DNA of 64,000 nucleotides from Haliotis cracherodii (Eukaryota), in NCBI RefSeq assembly GCF_022045235.1, contig NW_027266277.1:14632001-14696000 (forward strand). The letters run 5' to 3'. Positions 52,163 through 64,000 of the stretch are shown here, piece by piece; positions within the stretch are counted from its first letter, which is position 1; the number at the start of each line of letters is the position of its first letter. The notes below the pieces were generated by a model. The model saw only the letters and a list, made by a program, of their open reading frames with translations. It searched no databases and was not told the origin of the DNA. Made by a program: the position numbers and the translations under genes.

Positions 52163-52592
52163 TATTCAACGTATGCTATCAGGCATAGACGAAGTGTGGC
52201 AGGAGAGTGTGTTGTAAGTTTATTTGTAGCGATTGTCAGTGGCTGCAAAGGGTCAGGAACGCTCCTATAATGCCAAGTGCCACAGCGGCCAGATTATAAC
52301 AGGACGAGTGATTTACAGTTACCGACCTTGGTCGTTGTTCACAAACATGACAGACTTGATCATTCGAGAAGTTTCGGGATGGGATGTTTCTAGGCTGGCT
52401 GAACCTATATAAGAGCGACACGAGAGAGATCGAGGCCTGACTTGCGTCTTATGAACTTGTCAAGAGCGGATTGGATACCTACACTGAATTCTTATAGCTT
52501 CAAACACTTTTCCAGATACAAGACCGGAGAACGGGCCTCTTGAAGACATTTCAAAGTGACAAATTCTGGACTTTTGTGAGTGCACTGACATA

Positions 52593-52781
52593 TACTGAGG
52601 GAAACAAATAAGGGAACACATGAAAATACAAGTGCTCCTTTATTGTTTTCCAGGTTTGTTCCCAAGCTATGAATGGCAAGTTATGGATGGCAAGCTATGG
52701 ATGTCACTGTTGGTAAAAATCTGGGAATAAATAAAGGGACACTGCAATGAAATGCTGTTCCCTTATTTGTTTCCCTCAGTA
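52593..52781. mobile_element. Tc1-like MITE
   Basis: Perfect 26-bp TIR TACTGAGGGAAACAAATAAGGGAACA with TA flanks. Confidence 0.88.
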
Positions 52782-53138
52782 TATATTCTAAGTCATGTTA
52801 GTTGTTGCTGGTGTCTGTTTCTGATCCAGTGTATTGCCTGATGTGAATGTAAACTTAATAGTGTTCGTTAAACACAATTTGATAATTACACATTGGTGTA
52901 TATGGTAGGTCCCTTGAGGTGAGGTGTTCCAAAACTGAAATAGGTCATTCACCAGTCTGGTGAAACTTTATGACGTGAACAGATGGGGTATAATAAGCGT
53001 GGCGAAATTGGGATTCGAACCCAAGATCAGAGGATACTGGGACGTCTAAGGGACATAACTCTTCAAAACGAATTGCGGTCTCTTATACTATTGGAACACC
53101 CATTCCCCTGCACAACTGTCCCTTTAACAAACTGAGAC

Positions 53139-53680
53139 CGGGGGTAGCCTGATGGTTAAGGCGTTCACTCGTCACGCCGAAGACGTGGGTTTGATTCTCT
53201 ACATAGATACAAAATATGAAGCCCGTTTCTTGTACTTCTTGGGATGTTGCTCGAATATTGCTTTAGGCGGCGTAAAACCAGTCAGTCACTTACTCACTTA
53301 CTCTTGGGCAAACAAGTGCATCTGATCTAGAAACCTGTCGCCATGCATCCCAATTTCACCCCGCTTATGATACTTGCAATTTGAGTGTACAGTCTGATAT
53401 ATTTAAAATATAAACGTTGATTACTTNNNNNNNNNNNNNNNNNNNNNNNNNNNNNNNNNNNNNNNNNNNNNNNNNNNNNNNNNNNNNNNNNNNNNNNNNN
53501 NNNNNNNNNNNNNNNNNNNNNNNNNNNNNNNNNNNNNNNNNNNNNNNNNNNNNNNNNAGCCTTGTGGTTAAAGCGTTTGCTCGTCACGCCGAAGACCCGG
53601 GTTCGATTCCCGACCTGGTACAATAAGTGAAGCCCATTTCCTGTGTCCCCCGCCGTGATATTGCTGGAATATTGCTAAAA
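53139..53680 (+). mobile_element. Two family-B SINEs (53139-53300 diverged; 53558-53680 between gaps)
   Basis: B head and tail motifs. Confidence 0.8.
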
Positions 53681-54387
53681 NNNNNNNNNNNNNNNNNNNN
53701 NNNNNNNNNNNNNNNNNNNNNNNNNNNNNNNNNNNNNNNNNNNNNNNNNNNNNNNNNNNNNNNNNNNNNNNNNNNNNNNNNNNNNNNNNNNNNNNNNNNN
53801 NNNNNNNNNNNNNNNNNNNNNNNNNNNNNNNNNNNNNNNNNNNNNNGAATCAGCCACGCCAATTCAAGCCATTCATATCATAAATGTCTTGACCATAGTT
53901 TTTTCAGTGAATGAGTGACCCACAATCATAGGTTTCTGGCTTGCCCAAGGGACGCAACTCTATCAGCAGTGGAGACTGATTTGACTTATTGAATACTGTA
54001 TTGTATGTGGATGTCCCATCAAGGCGTCAACAGTGTATAAAGTGCCCTCGCGAGGTGCGAGCGGTCCCTTCAATGTGTCTGCGTCAACACTTTAGAATAC
54101 ATTTTAAAAATCGGATCCGCCATTAATAGATACCATTGCTGGGATCATCCATACAAAATTTCAGCATCAAATAGTGTTTGTTTCTTTTGCGTGGGCGTGG
54201 ACGTTGGCGTGGGCGTGGGCGTGGACGTGGGCGTGCATTCGTTTGTTCTAGGCTCTAGGTAACAATCACTTACTTTGTTATGCAAATTGTGGCGGGATAT
54301 ACTTTTTCACGAATACTTTGTGATGTCGCTGATTTTCAGGGATCCATCCATATAATGTTTCCCGCTATTTTGCCTTTCATACCAAAT

Positions 54388-54553
54388 GGGGACGGTCGGG
54401 TAGCCTAGTGGTTAAAGCGTTCGCTCGTCACGTCGAAAACCCGGGTTCGATTCCCGACATGGGTACAATGTGTGAAGCCCATTTCTGGTGTCCCCCGCAG
54501 TGATATTGCTGGAATATTGCTAAAAGCGGCGTAAAACCATACTCACTCACTCA
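54388..54553 (+). mobile_element. Family-B SINE, near consensus
   Basis: A-box TAGCCTAGTGG, B-box GGTTCGATTCC, imperfect TSD cat(a/g)cc(a/c)aatgg. Confidence 0.92.
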
Positions 54554-54974
54554 TGCCCAATGGAATCTGTTTCGTCGGAAACTCGAGACTGGTTGTTCTG
54601 TCGTTGACCAGTTTGACATACAACTCTTCCTGATGTTTCTATTCAAGAACAAATACAAGTCATATGGTGATAGTTGCCTAGAAATCTGCTTCACTACGCC
54701 CAGTGCTGTGGCCGGTGTGCACAGCAACACGACACACATTGTATTACTACTATTCACCGTTCATTTTGATTATTTTCTCTAAAGAGCTTTCCAGTTTACT
54801 TCTAAACGTTCGTCAACAAAGAACTCCCAATAATCCTGACCCTTTGAGTGGACAGTCGGCGAATGTGTAATCAAGTATTTACACTGCTTGAAATAGAATG
54901 ATACGTTTACCCATATCAATACGTTTCACCCATATGATACGTTTACTCATTGCTATCTCCCCGAAGGTCTAACG

Positions 54975-55610
54975 GTTTAACGCCGATTTTAACAGTATTC
55001 CAGTTATATCAGCTTAATGTGGGAGGAAAGACCGAAGTGATGCAGGTCTAAGACGTTTACCACTTCGGTGAAACCCACGAGCACGGGTATGGTGCTGACA
55101 AACCTAGAAATATAGTCGGGGCGAACCGGGATTCGAACCCACAATCATAGATTCTAGCGTGCCCAAGGGACGCAACTCTTCACAGCGAATCGCGGCGCCT
55201 TAGACGACTGGGCCACCCGTGCCCCATACAGCTTAGAAGAAAAACACACGCACGCACGCACGCACGCACACACACATCAAAAGCATGCTCCCTAGGTTGA
55301 CAATATCATGAGAGTTGTCTGTCAAACAAATGGATGGGACGGGTGATATTTGATTAGAGGAATGTACCACTGACATAACGACAGCCGAACTCAAACTAAC
55401 TCATCAATTAGGTAGGTTACCAAAATGAGTGAGTTATGTTTCAGCCTCTCAGCCCAAAGTGATGCAGGCCTTACATGGGTCCAAACTGACAAACAGAAAC
55501 ATAATTAGGGAGGACCTGGGAATCGAACCCACGATTATAGGTTTCTGGTACGTCTAAGGGACGTAACTCTGCACAATAAATGTTGAGACGACTGGGCCAC
55601 CCGTGTCCTT
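54975..55610 (-). mobile_element. Family-C SINE (54975-55226) and a partial diverged copy (55430-55610)
   Basis: Matches the C consensus. Confidence 0.85.
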
Positions 55611-55680
55611 TGTGAAAGACATGACTGGGATAAGACATATGTATAAAAAGATTGATACTTACAGTACAGAAGAACGGAAA

Positions 55681-56003
55681 GAGGTGAGGTGAGGTGAAAT
55701 GGGGTTTAACATACGTCGCGTCCAAGTTTATTGCACATATAGAGCGACGTGCGTGCGAGCGTGCGTGTTTGTACTGGTCGTGACTGAGCCCACTGCATGA
55801 GATATCATGTGCAGTTTAACATGAATACCCCACTCAGACACAGTATACTGACCAGTCGTTGTTTTAGCCCCTTTGTGCCGAGTGACAGACAGGGTAACAA
55901 CAAGTACCATCTTTTAACGACTTTTGGTATGACGCGGCCGGGGATCGAACCCCGGACCTTCCGCTCTCCGGGCAACGCTCTACCAATAGACTACGGAGGC
56001 GGT
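55681..56003 (-). mobile_element. Family-A SINE
   Basis: Full head, core and tail. Confidence 0.9.
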
Positions 56004-56153
56004 GTGATTCGTAAAGAAACAGAAATATTCATGAGATCTGTTAACCAGAATGAAGGCAGTTATTAATCCGACCATTCGTGCACCCAGGTATCATTCGTAG
56101 TCATTGATTTATACTATCGAATACCATATAGTGTGTGTTTGTTCTTAACCATA

Positions 56154-56430
56154 GGTGGGCACGGGTGACCCAGTCGTATAAGGCGCCACGATTCGCTGTG
56201 CAGAAGTGCGTCCCTTGGGCACGCCAGAAACCTATGATTGTGGGTTCGAATCCCGGTTCGCCCCGATTATGTTTCGAGCTTTGTCAGCACCATACCCGTG
56301 CTCGTGGGTTTCACCCAAGTGGTAAACGTCTTAGACCTGTATCACTTCGAGCTTTCCTCCCACATTAAGCTGACACGCCGTGATATAACTGGAATACTGT
56401 TAAAAGCGGCGTTAAACACAACTCACTCAC
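56154..56430 (+). mobile_element. Family-C SINE
   Basis: TSD TCTTAACCATA at 56143-56153 and 56431-56441. Confidence 0.92.
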
Positions 56431-56461
56431 TCTTAACCATATACTGAAATCGTGAATGCAA

Positions 56462-56965
56462 ATGGTAGAGCGTCCGCCCGGAGAGGAAGGACGGTGCTTC
56501 GATCACCGGCCGCGTCATACCAAAATACATTAAAAGATCGGCATTAATGGGCTAAAACAAGGACTGGTTGGCTCGGAGTTAGTATACTGCGTCTGAGAAG
56601 GGTATTAATGTTAAACTGTGGCATGGTGTCTCAGTGGGCTAGCACTATAAAATNNNNNNNNNNNNNNNNNNNNNNNNNNNNNNNNNNNNNNNNNNNNNNN
56701 NNNNNNNNNNNNNNNNNNNNNNNNNNNNNNNNNNNNNNNNNNNNNNNNNNNNNNNNNNNNNNNNNNNNNNNNNNNNNNNNNNNNNNNNNNNNNNNNNNNN
56801 NNNNNNNNNNNNNNNNNNNNNNNNNNNNNNNNNNNNNNNNNNNNNNNNNNNNAATCTTGAACGCGACCTAGTACAAGCGCGCGCGCGCACACACACACTC
56901 ACGTCGCTATATAATAAATGAAATAATCGTGATCGCTACGTTCAAACCCATTTCACCACACCACC
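56462..56965 (+). mobile_element. Family-A SINE spanning an N gap
   Basis: Core before the gap and tail (acgtcgctatat..cgttcaaacccatttcacc) after it. Confidence 0.75.
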
Positions 56966-57060
56966 ATGAAAACCTCTGGAAATAATGTCAGTAAAATATA
57001 AGTCAGTGAATAGTCGTCTTCCAGTCTCGCATGTTGAATGATTTCATCGTACTGTTATCT

Positions 57061-57252
57061 GGTTGGTTTGTTGTTCAACGCCGCACTCAGCAATATTCCA
57101 GCTATATGACGGCTGACTGTAAGTAAACGAGTCTGGACTAGTCAATCTAGTGACTGACATCATGAGCATCGATCCACGCAATTGGGATACGATGACATGC
57201 ATCAACCAAGTCACCGAGCCTGACCATACGATCCCGTCAGTCGCCTCTTACA
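57061..57252 (-). mobile_element. 5'-truncated family-E element
   Basis: Matches the E body and tail; flanked by catcgtactgt(t/c)atctg on both sides. Confidence 0.85.
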
Positions 57253-58321
57253 AGCCTAGTCATCGTACTGTCATCTGAACGACTCCAACTCAAATCCCGA
57301 ACTCAACGATCAACTATCACCAATTCTCCTTAATCTCACCAATGTTTATTTCCAACACCATCGACAAAACATCCGATAAACACTTTTTAACAAATCTCGA
57401 CCAGGTCGAACAAGCACCATGCAGACCAATGTCACTGGTGATTTCATATCAACTATTTCCAATAATTGAGGCGACAGGCCGAACTAAAATCAACCACCCC
57501 CTTCAATAGGACAAAGGATTAAGAAAGAATTCTCTTAATCCCCCGTGGTCAATGACAATGGATTATACAGGTATTTTAACGTGAAATAAGGCCAACTAGA
57601 AGAGGTCATCCCAAAGTTAGCCCTAAGCAAGCTTTGATTTAGAGGTCGCGCATTGTCAACAGTTGGACAAGATCTTGGCACCGTCTGTGAAGCCGAACAT
57701 TAGATTTATCTGTTTGAGCTTTTGTGGAGATTATTTTAGCAATAATGCGGTTCGCCTGGATTTTTCTTAACTCGTTTTTACCTTTAACAAATGGCAGTAT
57801 TCCAGGTATGTAATATATCTTTTAATAATTTGGTCACTTTCTCAAATGTTTGCCATGGGTAAAGGAGACTATGGGCTAAGACAACAGGGTTACCTGGGCC
57901 CCTGAATTAGGAGATAAACCACGATCACACACATTTATACCAACTGAACACATTTCACCATCAAAGTTGCAGCTTAAAGTTTGGAAGTTTGGAAAAGAAA
58001 CAAAAATATTCATGTCGTGTTCACCATAAAGAAGTAAATTATTAATTATCAGACCACTAATGTATTCAATATTGATAATTCATATGCATTTATTAATGAT
58101 ATCGGATATTATATATTGTTTCTGAGTTCTTCTCCATCCATTCTACTTTATGTAGTTTATTTTCGCAATAATATGGTTGACCTGGAATCTTATTAGTTCA
58201 TTCATGCATTTTACATATGGCAATATTGCCATCTAATACATATTTAATGAAATTAATTTATTTGGTAACTTTCTCAAATGTTTAACAGGTGCAAAGGAAA
58301 CTGTGGTTCTGATTTGATAAA

Positions 58322-59465
58322 TCGAGAATCTCACCCGAGTGTCTTTTCATATCAAATATATCAACACTCGTTGATAGAAGTGTGAAAAATCCGAGGCTCC
58401 CCGAGGATTTTTTCCACATTTATCAACGAGTGTTGATATATTTGATATCAAAAGACACGAGGGTGAGATTTTATTTATCAAATCAGAACCACATTTTCCT
58501 TTGCACCTGTCAACCATTTGAAAAAGTAATTCTTCCAACTTTTTCAGTTTGTAGACAGTAATTAGCAGTGTCTAGAGTGTAAAAAGTACTGCTTACAGAT
58601 TCAGTAGCAGAGCCATTAGTGATGTCATATGATTGTGACATCATGGTAACCAATGACGTCACAATGGTCTGCAAAGCATTGTGATGCAATTTCATTGCAG
58701 CGATATCTACAGTGTATAGTCATGAAAAAACTGAGTGGTCTTTAACTTCATTTGAGTAGTATAGTGTTTAAAAAGTAGGGCACTTCCGTGTGTTTTTGCT
58801 GCACAGCGAAGTAGGCATGCTCAGAAGTTCCTGTTCTGAGCGTGGGTTACTATGGTTAATGCTGAGTCATTGCGGATCTGCAACTCATGGAAGTTAAAGA
58901 CCACTCAGTTTTTTCATGACTATAGTTAATCTTTAACTTCTTTTGAGTAGCATACATTCAACAGTACTTAGCTGTTTTAGCTTTCACCTATGATTGACAC
59001 ATGTAGTTGTGTAGCAATGTGTTATCATAACTATTTAGTTATTGTTTTCATTTATCATCCAAAACTGGCTCCCATAGAAGATATGGCTTTGGTGAAATCA
59101 AGCAATATCTACATTGTAGATATTGCTGCAATGAAATTGAATCACAATGCTTTGCAGACCATTGTGACATCATTGGATACCATGATGTCACAATCAAATG
59201 ACATCACAATGGCTCTGCCACTGAAGCTGTTAGCAGTACTTTTTACACTTAAGACACTGCTTATTACAGTCTACAAACTAAAAAAAGTTGGAAGAATGAT
59301 GTTGGATGATAAATAAAATCTTACACTTGTGTCTTTTGATATCAAATATGTCAACACTTGTTGATAAAAGTGCAAAAACTCCTTGGCAAGCCATGAAGTC
59401 TTTCCACTTTTATAAACGAGTGTTGATACATTTGATATCAAAAGATAGAGGCTGAGATTCTCTAT
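58322..59465. mobile_element. Inverted pair of family-G elements around a TA-flanked MITE (58717-58922)
   Basis: G at 58322-58714 and 59045-59465 in opposite orientation. The MITE has a perfect 33-bp TIR TAGTCATGAAAAAACTGAGTGGTCTTTAACTTC. Confidence 0.85.
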
Positions 59466-59524
59466 TTGTCCAAAATCCAGATATCTCATTGACAGCAATA
59501 TATATTTAGATACAAATCTTGTTA

Positions 59525-60046
59525 CAGGTGAGATGAGGTAAAAGGGGGTTAACAATGTGTTCAAGATTATTGCGCTAATATTGGGATGTGTGTGGTGTAG
59601 GTGTCTCTGTACTAGTCCACACAATACTGGTTTTATTGCTAACCTACTGAGATACCCCACTCAGACATGGTATACTGATTCTCTAAGTCGACCAGTCTTT
59701 GTTTTCTTCCCTCAATGCTGAGCGCCTAATCTGTCTTACAGACCTTGATACAAATATATAAATCAAACACAGCCCATGCAAGTCTATAATGTTTGGCAAG
59801 TCTAGATCACTGCAGTATCTGAAAATGAAGAGAGTCACTGGGCTCCTTTTTATTATATTTTTATTAAGATAACTGAACAACTGTTTTTTTTCTGTACGAT
59901 ATGTTCATTTCAGAGAGAAGATGTTAATCTACTGAGTGCCAGGCAGGGTAACAAAAAGTACCATCATTCAACGACTTATGGTATGAGGATCAAACCACCA
60001 ACTTTCCATTCCCCGCGCAGGTGCTCTGTACATTTGACCACGAAGC
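59525..60046 (-). mobile_element. Interrupted, diverged family-A SINE
   Basis: Tail and core at 59525-59730; head side at 59930-60046. Confidence 0.65.
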
Positions 60047-60056
60047 GACTGTTCAG

Positions 60057-60321
60057 GACCCGTGAAGATTCCGGGGTAGAATGGGTCTTCAGCAACCCAT
60101 GCTTGCCGTAAAAGGCGACTACTCTTGCCGTAAGATGTGACTAACAGCATCGGGTGGTCAGGCTTGCTGACCTGGTTGATGCATGTCATCGTATCCCAAT
60201 TGCGTGGATCGATGCTCATGATGTCAATCACTGGATTGTCTGGTCCAGACTTGATTATTTACAGACTGCTGTCATATAGCTGGATTATTGCTGAGTGCGA
60301 TGTTAAACAACAAAAAAAAAA
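60057..60321 (+). mobile_element. Family-E element, full length
   Basis: Starts GACCCGTGAAGAT, ends in an A-rich tail, flanked by actgt(t)tcag. Confidence 0.88.
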
Positions 60322-60796
60322 AACTGTTTCAGAGAGATGAAAATTCTCCATGACTGCTCATGTCACTAGGATTTCCTGCCATTTTTTATCCCCAAAAAGT
60401 CTACAAATTAAATAGCAAGATGGAGATAGAACACAGATATGGTAATGTTATTCAATGAATTTATTACATGAATTATAGGCATGATTCATAATCCATCCAT
60501 TGCTTGAAAATGTTCACACAAAGTCATCAGTGGACAATACAATAACATTATGCAAAATAACAGTCAAAAACACATGGAGATCGGCTGCCAACAGAAGGGG
60601 TCCCTGAACAGCTGGAGAAGCCGGTGGCCTTGAAATACATCATATGACACAATACCATTCATGATATCCATAATCAAACTATCTTATATCTCAAACGTGG
60701 TGCGCATGTGGCATGGCTTAAGAATATATAAAATAAATTATACAGTAAAATATGTGAATTGTTTGATAGACATTACTTCGAAGTTGACGGATGACA

Positions 60797-61021
60797 AAGT
60801 AGACACAATTTATGGATAACAACTTCTTTAATACTGTGAAGGCGACGTTTTGGTATAGATCCTTATACCATTGTCAAACAAGATCTATACCGAAACGTCG
60901 CCTTCGGAAATGGTCGCTACGTTTCGGTATAGATCTTGTTTGACAATGGTATAAGGATCTATACCAAAACGTCGCCTTTACAGAATTAAAGAGGTTGTTT
61001 TTTCAAAAATTGTGTCTACTT
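60797..61021. repeat. Nested inverted repeat (Penelope-like terminal remnant?)
   Basis: Perfect 60-bp arms at 60839-60898 and 60919-60978, extending imperfectly to about 100 bp. Confidence 0.9.
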
Positions 61022-61609
61022 GGTAAAATATGTTATAAACGAACACGCTTGACAGATATAACAACCATTTTTTTCGGTTCCGGACATTTGCTTATAATGA
61101 ACTCTGGTTATAACAAACTCAAATGGTCCCTTTCAGTTTGTTATAACCGTAGTTCACTGTAGTTTGAAATAATAGTCAAAACAAAATAAACTGCAAATAT
61201 AGAGCATGCAAATCTCTAAAACACAGTGTCATGGACAGACTCACAACAGCAAACAATAGTGCTTCTAAATCAGGTCTGGCAAACTTAGAAATCTTGTTAA
61301 ATAAGAATTTCTTGAACATCCAGACTTTCTGATTTTCAAATTCCCATCTGAGACTTTTCAATTTAATGAGCACAATACTTACATATACCATACCATACTG
61401 GCATCACCAAAAAGAAAATAAGATTAAAAAACAGTTGGATGGAATGTTTTGTGACCTCATATACACAGAATGTCCTTCAACAGAGGATACCATATTATCA
61501 AATTTCCAATACACCACAAACCCAAGGAACCTAACGCCTGTAGTTCTATCTAGCAGGAGTGCATGTGTGTGTGATCGCTATTGACACTGTCACTCATCGT
61601 TCAATCCTG

Positions 61610-61785
61610 GAGTGAGTGAGTGAGTGTGAGTGAGTGAGTGAGCGAGCGAGCGAGCGAGTTTGGTTTTACGCCGCTTTTAGCAATATTCCAGCAATATCAT
61701 GGCGGGGGACACCAGAAATGGGCTTCACACATTGTACCCATGTCGGGAATTGAACATCTTTAACCACCAGGCTACCCGACTGCCC
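61610..61785 (-). mobile_element. Family-B SINE with internal deletion
   Basis: B tail and head, flanked by ctggag. Confidence 0.85.
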
Positions 61786-63476
61786 TTCTGGAGCCAGATG
61801 TTTTGTATTTCATAACATGTATAACAGAAACTGTTATGAGATGGATGTTTAGGTGAGCGTCAACAATTATATTTGGCGTTTATTAGCCCAACAACTGCAC
61901 TTCGAAGTACAAACAACTGGTAACAGTCAGGCAACAATGTTTCTTATTTTTCTGTTTATGGATTTGAACGTTGAGAGCCAAAATCCACATGCAGAAAAAA
62001 ACATTGCATATTCTTATTTGACTAAATGCTCTATCATATATGAATTATAAAAAAAAAGAAGTACATTTAAAAAATGAATCAAATAAAAGTGTGCCGGATG
62101 GCTGAGTAAAAAGGCACGTACATATCACAACATGCACAATATCACAAATGCCTCTATATTTACACCACATACATAAACATTGATAATGGAATCAGTACTG
62201 GCTAGCATTCTATCATGCTAGGACTGTAGTCTCAAGACTGTATCATACTTTACTGACCCCCCATTTTCTGTAACATTATTACAGTCCCTGAATTATGTTC
62301 AAATTTACAACTTTATTATTTGAAAAAATATAGAACTGTGTCATGTTTTCAAACTCACCATCCCACTCCTCTCTTAATCTCACCAGCCCCACCTCCCCTT
62401 TAATAAATGACCAGTCTCGTACCACGCTTATTCAGTTTCAAATAAAATTATTAATCTTTGCAATATTAATTAGAACATTTGCAGGTTTGGGACTTCTGAC
62501 AACAGTACATGTATTGGTAGGACTAAAATATGTCCAAGAAGCTGATTATATGTTTTTTCTTAGTTTTCAACATGAACAGAGTCTTTGACCCTTTGACCTT
62601 CAAAGAAGATGTATACAGTCATGTTTAATTAAGAAGATTGCCAATATGTCAGCCATATTAGATTTAAAATAAATTTTCACCAATATCTTAAACGTTTCTG
62701 TAGATTGATAATTTGATATTGCATATGACCCCAAAAGGTTCTTATCCTTCTTTTTCCTTTTGTTTGTATATTTTGACCAATCGGGCCAAGCTAACATGCA
62801 AGCAAAACATCCTTCAACAATAACACACAGAGTGGCCTCAGACAACAAGGCTGGCAAAAGCCATGACAACACACCTTGCCTATGATTTGGAAGCGTAACA
62901 GTAGTTATCAATTGACGTTACCATTGCAGTTGGATACAGGCACATGCATCAGAAAATCTTATCCCAATTCCACAAGCACCTACAATATTATTACATACAT
63001 TTAAAGACAAAAGTATAAGATAAAAATGGCAAAATATTCTCAAAACATTGTCATATTCAACGGCTCTATTAAGTTTCTGGTAGTAACAAATCTTAATGTA
63101 AGCTGCATTCCATCTGCCCCGCATAACACTTCTGTTTTGATTGACAATATACGCTTCATTGATATGCAAAAATTGGGTGAAACAGGTAGTGATTTCAAGA
63201 TAGATCCAGAAGTTTTAAAAGAGGGCTCCAAACTAAAATACTAAACTTTTTTAATGTGTCTGTGTGGTTTTGATGGAGAATTCATGAACAGGTTTACTCG
63301 CAACTGGCAAAAACTGGGAGGAACCTCTGATCTGTCTGTCTAAATACCTGTCTGGAAGTAATCCATCGTCAATATTTCATGGGTTTGTACACACCCTTTA
63401 TGAATACAGCTGCTCTGTGGTGTACTGGTGACACAGGCCGAATCAGCCAAGGGAGAAACTATTTGGTTTTCAATTA

Positions 63477-63817
63477 CCGTATTCGACGTAACAAGCGCCG
63501 AGAGCGCTCTAAAAATTAGAAATAGGGGGCTGCTATTAGAATATTATTTTGGTGGAAAAAACAGAGTTGAAAGATAAATTTCGTGGTTTATGCTGACAGC
63601 CTGAAATATTTATGTACGACATATATTTTTCCAGAATTAAATGCCCATAATTAAGGGTGCATATAACACACAGGTGCATATTATATGCAAATAAATAAGT
63701 CTTGTGTACATTGATCAATGGGAAGGGGTGCTAATTGGGATTGTTCCCTCGTCAATATATTAGCAAATATCGCTGTTGGCGCTTATTAGAGCGGGGCGCT
63801 TATTACGTCAAAAATGG
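63477..63817. mobile_element. Mariner-type MITE
   Basis: TA-CCGTATTCGACGTAACAAGCGCC at the left end and GGCGCTTATTACGTCAAAAATGG-TA at the right end. Confidence 0.75.
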
Positions 63818-64000
63818 TATGATAAGAATGCATCATGTGTTTCCGTTTTGTAAAAATCATATATTAGAAATAAAATAAACACATTTATTACACAATGTAT
63901 GTATTTAGTTATATTACTTAAACGATACGGATATACAGTTGACCAATAATTTCTAGGTAGCATATTTAGTGTCCAGGCCACCCAGCCCTGGATAAATAAA

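Larger units (their letters stand above)
60430..63470 (-). other. Possible 3' UTR of a convergent minus-strand gene outside the window
   Basis: TTTATT at 60460-60465 (AATAAA on minus) with a TG-rich element about 30 nt downstream on minus. The minus strand is T/G-skewed and largely unique. No coding exon was recognised. Confidence 0.35.

Noticed and set aside
52234-52981. Possible solo LTR (TG..CA, TATATAA at about 52406)
   Set aside because: No matching 4-6 bp TSD or second copy, so it cannot be supported. The same applies to about 26840-28100.
54388-54470. tRNA gene calls for SINE heads
   Set aside because: No proper acceptor stem, and each runs into a SINE body and tail with TSDs.

Overview
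AT-rich eukaryotic genomic DNA with several N gaps. The SINE inventory looks molluscan, most likely a gastropod such as abalone (inference only). One protein-coding gene is well supported: a three-exon + strand gene (TATA 39309; CDS 39488-39554, 45596-46357, 47266-50135; AATAAA 51081). It encodes a secreted protein of about 1232 aa with two CBM14/peritrophin-A chitin-binding domains, each followed by a Thr/Ser/Glu-rich mucin-like tract, and has dibasic sites flanking the second domain. The ORF track misses the signal-peptide exon, which I reconstructed from splice signals and matching phase-1 junctions. The rest is mostly repeats. These are four SINE-like families (my labels A, B, C, E) sharing one structured 3' tail, an abundant unclassified repeat (D) hit repeatedly at one small site, and a decayed RTE-X-like LINE. 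There are also TA-flanked MITEs, palindromic elements (G), three minisatellites (one a CRE plus CCAAT array) and a nested palindrome resembling Penelope hammerhead ends. The last ~3.5 kb may be the 3' UTR of a convergent minus-strand gene. I found no convincing evidence of a wholly new biological system; the best candidates for follow-up are ranked in the findings.
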